This document shows positions 11,501 through 24,750 of a DNA stretch of 64,000 bases, in pieces. Location: the NCBI RefSeq assembly GCF_902713615.1, contig NC_052161.1, forward strand, positions 11,381,171 through 11,445,170. Direction: 5' to 3'. The first letter of the stretch is position 1. Each line of letters begins with the position of its first letter. A model generated the notes under the pieces. That model saw nothing but the letters and a program-made list of their open reading frames with translations, was not told where the DNA came from and ran no database searches. The DNA is from Scyliorhinus canicula (Eukaryota). Made by a program: the position numbers and the translations under genes.

Positions 11501-12980
11501 GCCGAGGTCCCAGGCTCGATTCCTGCCTAGGTCACTGGCTGTGCGGAGTCTGCATGTTCTCCCGTGTCTGCGTGGGTTTCCTCCGGGTGCTCCGGTTTCC
11601 TCCCACAAGTCCCAAAAGACGTGCTGTTAGGTAATTTGGACATTCTGAATTCTCCCTCAGTGTACCCGAACAGGCGCCGGAATGTAGCGACTAGGGGCTT
11701 TTCACAGTAACTTCATTGCAGCGTTAATGTAAGCCTACTTGTGATAATAACGATTATTATTATTGATGGGAGTTGCACCTTGGGTGGGCTGAATAGATCA
11801 GCACAAAGTGGCAGGTGGTAGGGCATTGCAAACTTTTTCTATCAGTTGTTGTAAGTTGGCGGATATATGGAGGAGGGATGTTTGCCAGGACAAGTAGCCA
11901 TGGGTACGTAACCTACATATGAAACCTGATTTACCCTGAATTTGCATTTCACTGGATTGAACTTCAATTGGAGAATTCTGACTTCGTCCAGGCTGCGGCG
12001 AAGATGCGCATCATGTTCTTGCACCGTACAGCCCCAAACCAGGATATCGTTGACGAGGATCTCGCGTGGTTGAACCGCAAAGAGTTGCTCCGTGTACCTC
12101 TGGAAGTCCTCACTGCCAGTGGAGATACCGTAGGCCTTCACTGAAAACAATATCTGCCTAAGAGGAGAGATGAATGTAGTTTGTTTTGAAGATGCCAAAT
12201 TGAATGGGATCCGCCACGATCCACATTTTTCATCAACATGCTGAATATCTTCCCTTGTGGCATGTCTGATATCTCCTGCTCCACTGACTTCATGGGGGGA
12301 TCTGATCAGATGTACTGAGCCGATGTATATCCTGACTGGGCCACCCTTCCTTACTTGTATATGCAGCATTTGGCAAGGTGATTGCAATTTTTCGCAAATG
12401 CGAAACAAACTTTTTGGCAGGTGCCGGTGCTGCTGTTGGTGCAGGGCACCCCCTGCACTGCAAAAACATCAATGTCCCACCCAAACTGCGCCATTTCGTG
12501 CCTAAATCATTGAACATGCACATTTCCACTGCAGACTGCATCGCTAAATCTGTTGGCCGCAGCAATAGTTTTCAGATCACATCGCTGTTTATTCCGCAAA
12601 CCAACAGGTCCCTCACAAACTCATTTGTCAGATTTCCAAATGCGCAATTTGTCGCTTGATTTTTCAAAGAATCAACGTAAGGTTGAATAGTCTGGTGTGT
12701 TGTTTGGTTGGTGGAATGAAAAATATGGCGATCGAGAGTGGGGCTCTCAACCGGAAGGTTTGACTTTATTCAAAATTATCTCCAGGTCTTCTTTCTCGTC
12801 ACCTGGAAGGTGAATGATTGAAATGTTATCACCACTCTGGGACCCGCCAAATTCAGCAAAGTGTATGCCTGTACTTTATTGACTTGTCATAAAGTGCTGC
12901 ACCGCAGAATATGAGCCACTCCTGTTTAAACCGCTCCCAGTTGTCTGCCGCGGTTTTCATCAAAGGTTAATGGGTCAATA
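8530..12980 (-). mobile_element. Decayed Gypsy LTR retrotransposon internal region (gag-RT-RNaseH-integrase)
   Basis: Integrase (YLVLIDSYS, MDNARQF, HPRSNGLAERAV; 9252-9722), RNase H (WAQIEKELLA, TIETDHQP; 10620-10934), RT (VNDILVWG, NPVKCKF; 11842-12408), gag-like NWERFKQEW near 12.9 kb. Many stops and frameshifts; SINE insertions at about 10027-10370 and 11470-11763. Confidence 0.85.
11470..11763 (+). mobile_element. V-type SINE with alternative tail (GAACAGGCGCCGGAATGT...CACAGTAACTTC...(ATT)n)
   Basis: Same head and core as HE1 with a different 3' half; sister copies at about 7054, 12983 (-), 25556 and 53566 (-). Confidence 0.8.
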
Positions 12981-12982
12981 GT

Positions 12983-13240
12983 TAATAATAATAATAATCT
13001 TTATTGTCATCAGTAGGCTTACATTAACACTGCAATGAAGTTACTGTGAAAAGCCCCAAGTCGCCACATTCCGGCGCCTGTTCGGGTACACAGAGTGAGA
13101 ATTCAGAATGTCCAAATTACCGAATAGCACGTCTTTCGGGACTTGTGGGAGGAAACCGGAGCACCCGGAAGGAAACCCACGCAGACACGGGGAGAACGTG
13201 CAGACTCCGCACAGACAGTGACCCAGCCGGGAACTGAACT
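12983..13240 (-). mobile_element. V-type SINE, alternative-tail family
   Basis: Reverse complement of the 11470 type, with (AAT)n at the left end. Confidence 0.75.
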
Positions 13241-14307
13241 ACTTTACTACTTAATGATCTGTTGAGCTGCTCGCAGAAAAATACTTCTCACTGTACCTCA
13301 GTGCACGTGACAATAAACAAATCCAATCCAATCCAATCCAAGTGAGTCAATTCAGAGCGAGCGGGTGTTATATGGCTGGGTCCAGTTCAGTTTCTGACCA
13401 ATGGTAACCCCCAGGAGGTTGATAGTGGGGAATTCAGCGATGGTAAAGCCATTGAATATCAAGGGCCAATAGCTAGATTCTCTCTTGTTGGAGATGGTTA
13501 TTGCCTGGCGATGTGTAGAGCGATGGAATTAAGGTTCACAACACATCCACTTGCTCTGAACTGAGTCACTTGTGTAAAGATTTAGTAATCTCATGAACAA
13601 CTCTGTAAGATCCACCTCTCTAAAATACTTTGTACAAAAGTTAATGCATTGTAGACAGATTAGAACCTTCATGTGAAATTAAATGCACTCCAAGAACACG
13701 ACAGGAGATGAAATGGTCACAGCACTTTTATCAGTCCTATAAACAGCTGCTCCAAACAGATAAATGGTCAAGGTTCAGTACTATTGAACATTTTTAAGGC
13801 AAACAGATAAAGCACGCAACAACAATAGTTCAAGGAAGATGAAGTCAAGCTTGTGCCAATGTTAAATGTGATTTAAGGCAGCTGCTGTGTTTCACTTTGT
13901 GTTAATTAGCAAAATATGTTTGCTCCAACCTATCTCCAAGAATTAGCAAACTAAACAATATACTTTATAGAAAGTCATAATTCGTTTGGTGCTTTGTTCT
14001 TTGTGCAGAGGATTTTAGCATGGTCAGCGCAAGCCTTAGAGGGCCGAAGGGCCTGTTCCTGTGCTGTACTTTTATTTGTTCTTTGTTTCTCTTCCTCTGC
14101 GTGCTGGCTGGCCATTTGCTGGGAATCCAAACCAATGCGGATACTTTCCTCGCCCATTGTGAGCTCAATGTGTTTGTCAATAGAGCTGATTATTGTTTCC
14201 AGTCCCAATTGCAACGAGAATACCACCGCACAAACTGCTTTGACAATTCTCTCTTTCGCTTAAATGGTCACAGCACTTTTAGCACTCCTTAAAAATGAGA
14301 ATGAACC

Positions 14308-15957
14308 AGATGGAGGAGGAGTTCAAGAGGTGGGACATGCTGCCATTATCGTTGGCGGGGAGGGTACAGTCCGTCAAAATGACGGTGCTACCGAGGTTCT
14401 TGTTCCTCTTTCAGTGCCTGCCCATCTTTATCCCCAGGGCCTTCTTTAGGAGAGTGACTAGCAGTATTCTGAGCTTTGTGTGGGCGCATGGGACTCCGAG
14501 AGTGAGGAGGGTGTTCCTGGAGCGAGGGAGGGATAGAGGTGGGCTGGCACTGCCCAACCTTCTGGGGTACTATTGGGCGGCCAATGTGTCAATGGTGCGT
14601 AAATGGGTGATGGAGGGGGGAGGGGCGGCGTGGAAAAGAATGGAGATGGCGTCATGTAGAGGTACGAGCCTGGGTGCCATGGTAACGGCGCCGTTGCCGC
14701 TCTCCCCTAAGAGGTTTACCACGAGCCCGGTGGTGGCGGCGACCCTAAGAATCTGGGACAGTGGAGGCGGCATAGGGGGGAAACAGGGGGCTCGATGGAG
14801 GCTCCACTGGGTGGCAACCATCGGTTCATCCCAGGGAACAAGGATGGGGGATTTAGGGGGTGGCAAAGGGCGGGCATCAGCAAATTGAGGGACCTGTTTA
14901 TTGGCGGGAGGTTTGTGGGCCTGGGGGAACTGGAAGATAAATTTGGCCTTCCCCAAGGGAACATATTCAGATACTTGCAGGTAAAGGCGTTTGCTAGGCG
15001 ACAGGTAGAGGGATTCCCTTTGCTGCCCTCGCAGGGGACGATGGACAGAGTGCTTTCGGGGGTGTGGGTTGGAGAGGGGAAGGTGTCTGACATCTATAAG
15101 GTAATGCAGGAGGTGGAGGAGTCGTCAGTGGAGGAGCTGAAGGCTAAATGGGAGGAGGAACTCGGGGAGCAGATAGAGGACGGGACTTGGGCGGATGCCT
15201 TGGACAGAGTCAACTCTTCCTCCTCATGTGCGAGGCTTAGTCTCATCCAATTTAAGGTGCTGCACCGGGCCCACATGTCCGGGACTAGGATGAGTAGGTT
15301 CTTTGGGTGTGAGGATAGGTGCACCAGATGTTCGGGGAGTCCAGCGAACCACGCCCATATGTTCTGGGCATGCCCAGCACTGGAAGAATTCTGGAAGGGG
15401 GTGGCGGGGACGGTGTCGACGGTGGTCGGATCCAGTGTCAAACCAGGGTGAGGACTCGCGATTTTTGGAGTTGCGGTAGAGCTGGGAGTGCAGGAGGCAA
15501 AAGAGGCCGGTGTCCTGGCCTTTGCGTCCCTAGTAGCCCGACGAAGGATTCTGTTACAATGGAAGGATGCAAGGCCCCCAAGTGTGGAGACCTGGATCAG
15601 TGACATGGCGGGATTTATAAAACAGGAACGGGTCAAATTTGCCCTGAGAGGATCAGTGCAAGGGTTCTATAAACGATGGCAGCCTTTTCTGGACTTCCTG
15701 GCGCAAAGATAGGTATCTTGGTCAATAGCAGCAGCACCCGGGGGGGGGGGGGGGGGGGGGGGGGGGTGTTCCTTATTGTAGTTTCTATTCTGTAACTTTA
15801 TATTGTGTTAATTTACGTTGTTGTTAAAATGCTGTGTTGTGCATGGGGGTGGGGCGAATGTTTATGATTGTTAATATTATTGTTATTTTCGGTATTTTAC
15901 TATGGGGCGTTATTGTTGTGTAAATTCAAAATTTTTCAATAAAATTATTTACAAAAA
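14308..15957 (+). mobile_element. 5'-truncated L1-clade LINE (ORF2 C-terminal part, 3'UTR, poly-A)
   Basis: LPLSLAGRVQSVKMTVLPRFLFLFQCLP, GGLALPNL, C-terminal CxxC...HMFWAC; G-run in the 3'UTR, AATAAA and A-tail; 17-bp TSD AAAAATGAGAATGAACC at 14291-14307 and 15958-15974, at a TT/AAAA site. Confidence 0.92.
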
Positions 15958-16387
15958 AAAAATGAGAATGAACCTTGGGAACACAGGAAAGGCTATTTTC
16001 TAGGCATCTAAGAAATTGATTTACAGTTAAGAGTGCAGCATTGAGAGTGAAATGGAGAGGGGTGTTCATTCAAGATGGGATGAGCGAGGGAAAGAAATGG
16101 AGAGGTACGAAAGACGAGTAGAGTCTGGCATTTTGCCAACGCTGGCAGGAGTGAAATGGGCTGCAGTATCACCTTGCAGTCCTGGATATTCCTGTGTGGC
16201 AGATGAGTCCAGACACTCAGGTGCAGTGATGCTCCAAGAGCTACTAACAAGTTTCCTTGTTGCTTTAAGGGCTGGAGTATTGGCTAGTGGTAGCATTAAC
16301 CATTCTTACTTTAACATTTAATGGAAATGTTGTCGAAAACCTGTCACGTTTCTCCACTGGTCCAATATTTTGTGTGTATGTGTCTGT

Positions 16388-16418
<31 letters not shown>

Positions 16419-17103
16419 GGTCACCATGCTTGCTATTCAGCCTGTGTTGGGTTAACCTATTTCACCTGACAATTATCCTCCATCCCTCTCACACACCTGC
16501 CCCCCCACCCTCCTTTCAGGCAAGCAAAAGGCCACCAGAATTCCTACCCCTGATCTCAGCCCAGTGGCTACTGACACTGGGATGGTTAGCAAAGGCATGG
16601 TTGGCCTCCATAGGAAAAGATTGCTGAATCTGGGTTCATGAATATGATTACTGAAAATGCTGGCAAAGACGCCACTTGGCCCATCGCGTACATATCAGCC
16701 AAGGAAGTTACCCAGAGAAATTCAATTTTCCAGTTCTTGGTCTATAATCCTGCAGGTCACAGCACTGCAAGCACACATTCAAATGATTTTAAAAATGTGA
16801 TGAGGGTTTTTACCTCTACCATCCTCTCAGGCAGTGAGCACCAAACCATCACCACCTCTGGATGCTGAAATGATTTCTCAACTATCCCCAATCCTTCTAT
16901 CAGTTACTTTAAATCTATATTGGCTTAGGTTATTGACCACTCTACTCACAGAACTAGCTCCTCCTTATCCATTGTATCTTGGACCCTCAGAATTTTATGT
17001 ACCTCAATTAAATCACACCTCAGCTTCGACTATTCCAAAAGGAAAAAACTCAAAACATATCTATTTTATCTTCATAGCTAAAATTCTCCATCCCTGACGA
17101 CAT

Positions 17104-18630
17104 TAGTAGAGAAATGGTGCTGGGAAAACTGATGAATCCCCAGGCCCTGAGAATCTGAATTCCACATTGCTGAAGGAGGTGGCTGTGGAAATAGTGGAGG
17201 CATTGATGGTCATCTTCCGGGATCTATAGATTCTGGAACTGACCCTGCAGATTGGAGGGTAGCTCACGTCACTCCGATATTCAAAAAGGGAGGTAGAGAG
17301 AAAGCAGGGAATTATATACCAGTAAGCCTAACATCGGTAGTGGGGGAAAATGCTTGAATCCATTATCAAGGACTTTATAGCAGAACATTTAGAAAGCAGT
17401 GGCAGGATCAATAAGAGTCAGCATTGATTTATGAAGGGAAATTCATGCTTGACAAATCTGACGGAATTCTTTGCAGATGTAACCAGTGCAGTCAACAAAG
17501 GGGAGCCAGTCGATGTGCTATATTTGGACTTTCAGAAGGCGTTTGACAAAGTCCAGCATAAGAGATTATTGTGCAAAATTAAAGCACATGGGATTGGGAG
17601 AAATGTATTGAGGTGGATAGAAAACTGGTTGGCAGAGAGAAAACAAAGAGTCGGGATTAATGGGTCCTTTTCAAATTGGCAGGCAGTAACCAGTGGGGTA
17701 CCACAGGGATCGGTGCTGGGACCCCAGCTATTCACAATATATATTAACGATTTGGATGAGGGAACAAAATGTAACATCTCAAAATTTGCAGATGATACCA
17801 AATTAGATGGGAGGGTAAACTGTGACGAGGATGCAGGGATCCTACAGCAAGGTCTGGACAGGTTGGGCGAGTGGGCAAACCAATGGCAGATACAGAATAA
17901 TTTGGATAAGTGTGAGGTTATTCATTTCAGAAGCAAAAACAGGAAGGTAGATTACTACCTGAATGGTTGTAAATTGGGAGAGTGGATTGTGCAGCGGGAT
18001 CTGAGTGTCCTTGTGCATCATTCGCTGAAGGTAAGCATGCAGGTGCAGCAGGCGGTAAAGAAGGCTAATGGTATGTTGGCATTCATTGCAAGAGGTTTCG
18101 AGTATAGAAGCAGGGATGTGTTGGTGCAATTGTACAGTGCCTTGGTGAGGCCACGCTTGGAGTATTGTGTGCAGTTTTGGTCTCCTTCTCTGAGGAAGGA
18201 CGTTCTTGCTCTCGAGGGAGTGCAGCGAAGGTTTACCAGGCTGATTCCAGGGATGGAGGGACTGTCATATGAGGAGAGATTGACTAGGTTGGGATTGTTA
18301 CCAGATGTTACCATTGATGGTGTGTCCAGAATCAGGGGTCAGTCTGAGGATTCAGGGTAAACCATTTCTGACAGAGATAAGGAGACACTTCTTCACAGAA
18401 AAAGTGGTGAGCCTGTGGAATTCATTACCACAGGAAATAGTTGATTCTAAAACTTTGAATATATTCAAGAGGCGGCTGGATGTGGCACTTTGGGAGAATG
18501 GGATCAAAGGCTATGGGGAGAAAGCAGGATTAGGCTATTGAGTTGGATGATCAGCCATGATTGTGATGAATGGCGGAGCAGGCTCGAAGGGCCAAAAGGC
18601 CTCTTCCTGCTCCTACCTTCTATGTATCTT
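17104..18630 (+). mobile_element. CR1 LINE fragment (RT domain to 3' end)
   Basis: ORF 17431-18360: YLDFQKAFDKV, SGVPQGSVLGP, FADDTKL. Confidence 0.9.
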
Positions 18631-18699
18631 TACAAACCTCTTCTGTACTCTCTCTTTACATAATGAGTTAATGGTCATCATAGTGAGACCATGGTCTCA

Positions 18700-18990
18700 C
18701 GGGTGGCACAGTGCTTAGCACTGCAGCCCCAGGTTCAATTCTAGTCTTGGGTGACTGCGTGGAGTTTTCACGTTCTCCCAATGTCTGCGTGAGTTTCCTC
18801 CGGGTGCTCTAGTTTCCTCCCACAGTCCAAAGATGTGCAGTTTAGGTGGATAGGCTATGCTAAATTGCCCATGATCTGCAGATTAGCTGGTGTGGGTAAG
18901 TAGGCGCAGATAAGATGCTCTTTTGGAAGGTCGAAGCAGACTCAATGGGGCGAATGGTGTCCTTCTGCACTGTAGGGAGTCTATGGTGCT
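18700..18990 (+). mobile_element. HE1/V-type SINE (diverged)
   Basis: Conserved core and CR1-like tail. Confidence 0.7.
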
Positions 18991-19512
18991 ATTAATAATG
19001 TAATAGTGACATTAGGGATCAGATGACCAAGGGGATCCAAGTCGCTGTCCCTGAAACCATTTGCTCACCATGTTGGCTTGTAAATACATATTGCCTATCT
19101 CAGGCCATTTGTAGTCCAAGTCAAACCTCTGCTGAAACCTACTCTAAATGCCGTGAGCAGAACTGTACACAGTATTCTGCTGTGAAGAGCAATTACTCAA
19201 ACGAGATGAGGTGTACCTGTGGAATAATACACCTTTGCTAAATGAGTGGAGAGAAAAAGTGGCAGGAAAGTAGGTTTTCTCCTCTCTGAATATAAGACAA
19301 TGACCTATCCAGCTGTGCAATTTATTAGATCAGTAACAATTTCTGAAATGCCATGAGTTTTCTTTTGGGCAGTCCTTTCAATTCAATGAATCACTGACCC
19401 TCTATCCAGCAGCCCCCCCCCCCTCCCCACAACTGTATAAATCTGACCCTATTTCCAGTTCTCTCCAGCTTTGACAGTCATCCAGACTCAAAACGTTAGA
19501 TCCCTTCACTCT

Positions 19513-20121
19513 TGTCATGAGTGTCCCTTTAAGAAAGGTTTTTGTCCTATCACCTGGTTTCAGTTATGTCATTGTGTGGACATTGGGCTGCTATGGACTT
19601 AGACAGAGAACAGAAGTTTTTTTGGCCTGCCTCTCTATCTTCATTTTAAAAGCTACTTCCAGACTGCTTGGTAACTTAAAAGAGATCATTACTTTCTGGA
19701 AGGAATTCAAATCTGCTTTTGAAAAGGGGGAAGAGTATCAGTAACCAGTCTTATACCAGTGAGAATGCCGTGTTCGGCCACACCTTTGAAAAGGGGTTTC
19801 TGGTTTTACTTGGATTTTGTTATTGAATTGGAACAGTTAAAGGGGAATTCATTAAGGGTTATAGATAATTACTGTAGCTGTGTGGAGTCTTTGTTTGTAA
19901 TTTAAAAAAGGTTCTTGGTGTGTGAGCGTGATGTTTATATAAATGTTAACTAAATTCTTAGCATAAAGCTTGTTTTGTTTTGATTAAAAGCGCCTCAGAA
20001 GTCTGTTGAATAACACCTGAAAGGCAGGCTCTTGTCCTCATCCTAGCCAAGTTCAACAAAAAGTTATAGGTCAGGTGAACTTCATAATATACTTTTGAGC
20101 TTTTTCAACCCTGGCCCATAA
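19513..20121 (+). mobile_element. Probable solo LTR inserted in an older (Penelope-like) repeat end
   Basis: Starts TGTCATG, flanked by CTCT on both sides, splits a TAGATCCCTT...CTCTCCACAGATGCTG repeat; the terminal CA is not intact. Confidence 0.45.
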
Positions 20122-21977
20122 CTCTCCACAGATGCTGTCAGACCTGTTACGATTGTCCAGCATTTTCTGGTTTTGTTCCAAATTCCAGCATCAGCGGTAA
20201 TTTGCTTTTATCAATGGGTTCAGAGATGACTGCACAATGCGCAGACTCTGCTACATGTGGGGCAGGTGGTGGTTGGATAGAGGAGTTACTTGGGAGTCTG
20301 TGCCTGCTCTCAGACTTCTTGGCTTCGCTTCTGAATGTTCCAGACAAAGTCTCTCACTGTGTTCCTTGTTTTCCCCGATGAACTTTCTCCATTATGGTCG
20401 GTCATAAGCCAGGATCTCCCATGTGTCAGTGGGGATGTTTGAACTCTTCAGGGATGCCAAAGCATTTTCACCATCTTCCTGGGAGTCTCCTGCCAGAGAG
20501 TCCCCACCCGCTTTATGCATATCACAGATAATTACTTTCCTTGGCAATTAATGCTAGCACTTTCCAATTACTCTCCCAGTCAATCACAAAAAGCACCCCA
20601 TATTTGTTATGCATGCAGTTCAATACACATTTACCAATTTAAAAAGCTCTGCTGATTTTAGGCTGGGTCAAGTCTTCAAGCAGTTTCAATCAGCTGTTCA
20701 TTAAAGTGTGATTCTTTCATGATAAGATTCTGTATGCGACTGTAAAGAATTTGGAGAGGCAGATGCTAAATGTCAATTAACTGTTTTTGTTGAATGCATG
20801 TTTTGGATTTATTCTGTACCGCGTGTAGCAGAGGTAAAGTGAATCATCACCATTGTACCAGCTCCAAGCACAGGGGACTACTAACAACAGAGTTGAAGCA
20901 AAGGTCTTGATTAAAGGGTATCAGTTAAAAACTAGTAGTTGATAAAGAAATTCAGGAGCAGGAAGAGATGAAAAATAAAAATGTATCCACTTCAAACACT
21001 TTGTTTCAATAATTCAATTTTAGTTATTAAACTTAGCTTTGTGACAAATAAACAATGTATACATTTTTGACACCACAGTGCATGGATCTGTTCTACAGAA
21101 GGTTCCACTACAGTCAAACATGAAGCCTCCATGTTGTTAACTTGCTGCTTCTTACATTTACTCACTCTTGGACAAGCCTAAAACCCAGTATACAGGATGA
21201 GGCACAGTTTGCATACATATATGGGCTGTAAGGGCCCACATTAACATGGAGAATGGAGGAAGACACACTAAGGTAGTAGTTGTAGTTGTCAAAGAAAACC
21301 TGGGATTGCTCCATTAGTGGATGTAACAAAACATTAATGTCACTTCCCCTGAAAGGACAAATATCAGTGAGCATAATATAACGTGAGGCTTTGAAAGCCC
21401 CTTTTACAATGCTAGCATCAAAGCTGTTCAAATAAATATACAAAACATTAACTTTATGCTTCAAAATAAACAGCTATAAATTACATCCCAACCCTTAATA
21501 CATAAATCCCCGACGTTGACAGGGTGGCATTTATGTTTAACCAAGGAAGTATTAATAGGACTTGCAAAACATCTAATTAATGGTAAACTGATTCTGTCAT
21601 TCAAGGCTACATTTTAACATTGCCAGATGAACCAATGTGAGATTGTAGCCTCAGCCTTGTAAGAAACATCAAATATTAGATAATAACAGCGTTAACTGTT
21701 CAGACTGTTGTCCTGGAATGCATCAATTCTAAACTTGTAACAACGCATTCACATATTGAAAACCTAAAAGCTGGTTTAAGAACTGCATACATAACTACTA
21801 AAAGTTGCATTGACCTGTTCCAAAGAGCCCCTGAATGTGCCCCTGCCCCTCCCCCTTCAATCATGGCAATGTAAAGGACCATAGTTAATATTGTTGCTAT
21901 AACAGTCTGCATATAAGCACCACCAGCACGTCAGTAGGCAATAAGCACGCTGTGTTCCACACGAGCAGAATCCGCTA

Positions 21978-21983
21978 TTTATT
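21978..21983 (-). other. BORCS7: Candidate BORCS7 polyadenylation signal AATAAA (second candidate at 20808-20813)
   Basis: First AATAAA about 180 nt past the stop, in an AT-rich repeat-free tract. Confidence 0.4.
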
Positions 21984-22160
21984 CATCATCAGCACCAGGT
22001 CGAAGCAGCATTTGGTTAGGTTCTGAATATTGCACATGGAAACTGAATGGAATTAAAGTTTGCTTCAGTTTATGCTTCTTGTTGGGCGATAGGACTGACA
22101 AATAATTCTTTGCGCACACACACACACACCCCTGGGATTCATCGCCATGCATCTTCCGTC

Positions 22161-22212
22161 TCATTTCAAGAGATGCTTCAGCTGGTCCTGAAGGTTTGTA
22201 GAAAGTTCAACA
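22161..22212 (-). CDS. BORCS7: BLOC-1-related complex subunit 7, exon 5 (VELSTNLQDQLKHLLK*)
   Basis: ttgacAG| acceptor; matches human VEQSSDLQDQLNHLLK; stop TGA at 22161-22163. Confidence 0.93.
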
Positions 22213-22912
22213 CTGTCAAAGTTTCATTAAGGGAGAGAAAAAAAGAGTGGTTAATTTGATCTGGTAATCTGATTTTATGCAAACTATTTGTTAATAGTTT
22301 TACAAATAACACTGGCCTCCTTCCTTCATGATTTTATTTTATAATTCAGGATAATATGAAATAAGTCGTTCAGACAGAGATATTCACACCTTGAGATACA
22401 CTTGTTTAATATTTGATGACACCATCTTTCAATGCCTGAGATCATAGGTGATATTCTATATTTGTTCTCATTCAACTGCAACAAATCACACTTACAGAAA
22501 TGACAGAAAATAAAACTTATTTCAGCCTGTGACTCACTCGGAATATCCAATTTTACCCAGAATTTTCGGCTCTTTCACATTCTTTCCATCTGTAAGGATG
22601 ATCTGACAGCTCAACGAATGAAGTCATGGCTCAAAGCCCTGAAGCACCTTTGCGATGTAGAGGTTGTATTTAGGAGCACCGAGTGGGATTGCAGTTCATG
22701 GATCACAGGTAAAAGACAGCTGCATAAAAGCAAATGACTGTGGATGCTGGAATTTGAAACAATCAGAAAATGCTGGGAAATCTCAGCAGATCTAACAGCA
22801 ACTGTGGACGACTCTTGTCAGTGCTAGAGAGAAGCTAAAGACATAGAACATACATAAAAAATACAGCACAGAACAGGCCCTCTGGATCCTGCTTGATCAA
22901 TTTGCTCTCTGT

Positions 22913-23250
22913 GGGTGGCACGGCAGCACAATGGGTAGAAATATTGCTTCACAGCTCCAGGGTCCCAGGTTCGACTCCCGGCTTGGGTCACTGTCTGTGC
23001 AGAGTCTGCACGTTCTCCCCGTGTCTACGTGGGTTTCCCCCGGGTGCTCCGGTTTCCTCCCACAGTCCAAAGATGTGCAGGTTAGGTGGATTGGCCATGC
23101 TAAATTACCCTTTGTGTCCAAAAAGGTTAGGTGGGATTAAGGGATTAGGGTGGAGGCGTGGGCTGAAGTCGGGTGCACTTTCAACGGGCCGGTGCAAACT
23201 CAATGGGCCGAATGGCCTCCTTCTGCACTGTAAATTCTATTCTATGCTAT
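22913..23250 (+). mobile_element. HE1/V-type SINE
   Basis: Full head, core and CR1-like tail. Confidence 0.8.
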
Positions 23251-23729
23251 GTTGTAGATTATCTCCCCAAAATCTCACCTTTCTGTCTCTCTGTAATCAA
23301 CTCCAGCCCCACAACCTTTCGAGATTCTGCGCTCCTCCAATTTAAGCCTCTTGAACATCCCTTTTTTTTAACTGCTCGACCATTAGTGGTTGTCCCTTCA
23401 GCAGCCAAGACCCCAGAGCTCTGGAATTTCCACTGCAAACCTCTCCATCTCTCCTCCTTTAAGATGTTCCTTAAACACAAGTTGTTGTTATTGTTGTCCT
23501 GCAAAGCGTATGATTTTCAAAGCATTTGTAACACATGAATGAGCTGGATGTCTTGTGGTCGAGGGAGTGGGATACCACCTCTGAGCCAAGCCCCAGGACT
23601 TGACAGCCAAGAAAGCTGTATTCATAACACGGCCAAACAGGTTAACTGTCAGCCTGCAAATCCTTCTGACACATGCCAATGGCAGGTGGTAAAGATTCAT
23701 GGTCATCCAAGTGATGGAAAGAACGTTGT

Positions 23730-24750
23730 CAAACATGTTTTTGTCATCCTATGTCGGGGGGGGTGGCGGGATTCCAGGATTTTGACCCAGCAACAATAAA
23801 GGAAATGTTCCGTCAGGATGGTGAGTGACTTGGGAAGCGAACTTCCAGGTGGTGGGGTTCCCATGTATCTACTCCTTGGTCCTTCGGTGGTGGCCGTTGG
23901 TTTGGAAGGTGCTGTCTGAGGACTTTAGGCGAGGTCCTGCAATACATTTTGTAGATGGTACACACTGCTGCTACTGTTCATCAGCAAAGGGAGTGGATGT
24001 TTGCAGGTGGGGCGCACATCAAGTGGGCTACTTTGTCCTGGATGAGCTTCTTGAGTGTTATCGGAATTGCACTCTTCCAGGCAAGTGGAGATTATTCCAT
24101 AACAGTCCTGGTTTGTATCTTGTAGATGGTGGACAGGTTTAGGAGTGTCAGGAGATGAGGTACTCGCCGCAGGATTCCTAGCCTCTGACCTGCTCTTGCA
24201 GTCACAGTACTTGTGTAGAATTCAGTTCCTGTTCAATAGTAACCCTCAAGATGTTGCTAGTGGGGGATTCAGCAATGTCACTAAACGTCATGGGACGATG
24301 GTTAGCTGCTCTCTTGTTGCACATGGTCATTGTCTGGCACTTGTGTGCCAGGAATGTTACTTGCCACTTGTCAGCCCAAGCCTGGATATTGTCTGGGTCT
24401 TGCTGCATTTGAACATAGACTGCTCCAACACCAGAGTTGTGAATGGTGCTGAACATTGTGCAGTCATCAGTGAATATCCCCACTTCTGACCTTATGATGA
24501 AAGGTAAGTCATTGATGAAGCAGCTGAAGATGGTTGGGCCGAGAACACTACCCTGGGGAACTCCTGCAATGATGTCCTGGAGCTGCGATGATTGATCTCC
24601 AACAACCACAACCATTTTTCTTTGCATTGGGTATGTCTCCATCCAGCGGAGAGTTTTCCACCTGGTTCCCATTGACTCCAGTTTTGATAGGGTTCCTTGA
24701 TGCCACACTGGGTAAAATGCTGCTTTGATGTAAGGGCAGTCACTCTGAGC
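23730..24750 (-). mobile_element. CR1/L2-group LINE fragment (RT)
   Basis: ORF 24202-24708: GVPQGSVLGPTIFSCFINDLP, FTDDCT, WADKWQVTF. Confidence 0.8.

Noticed and set aside
15739-15766. Long poly-G/C runs (also about 1989, 27569, 41599, 44948, 60660, 62241) as functional G-quadruplex elements
   Set aside because: They are mostly internal to repeat families and homopolymer lengths are unreliable; there is no independent support.
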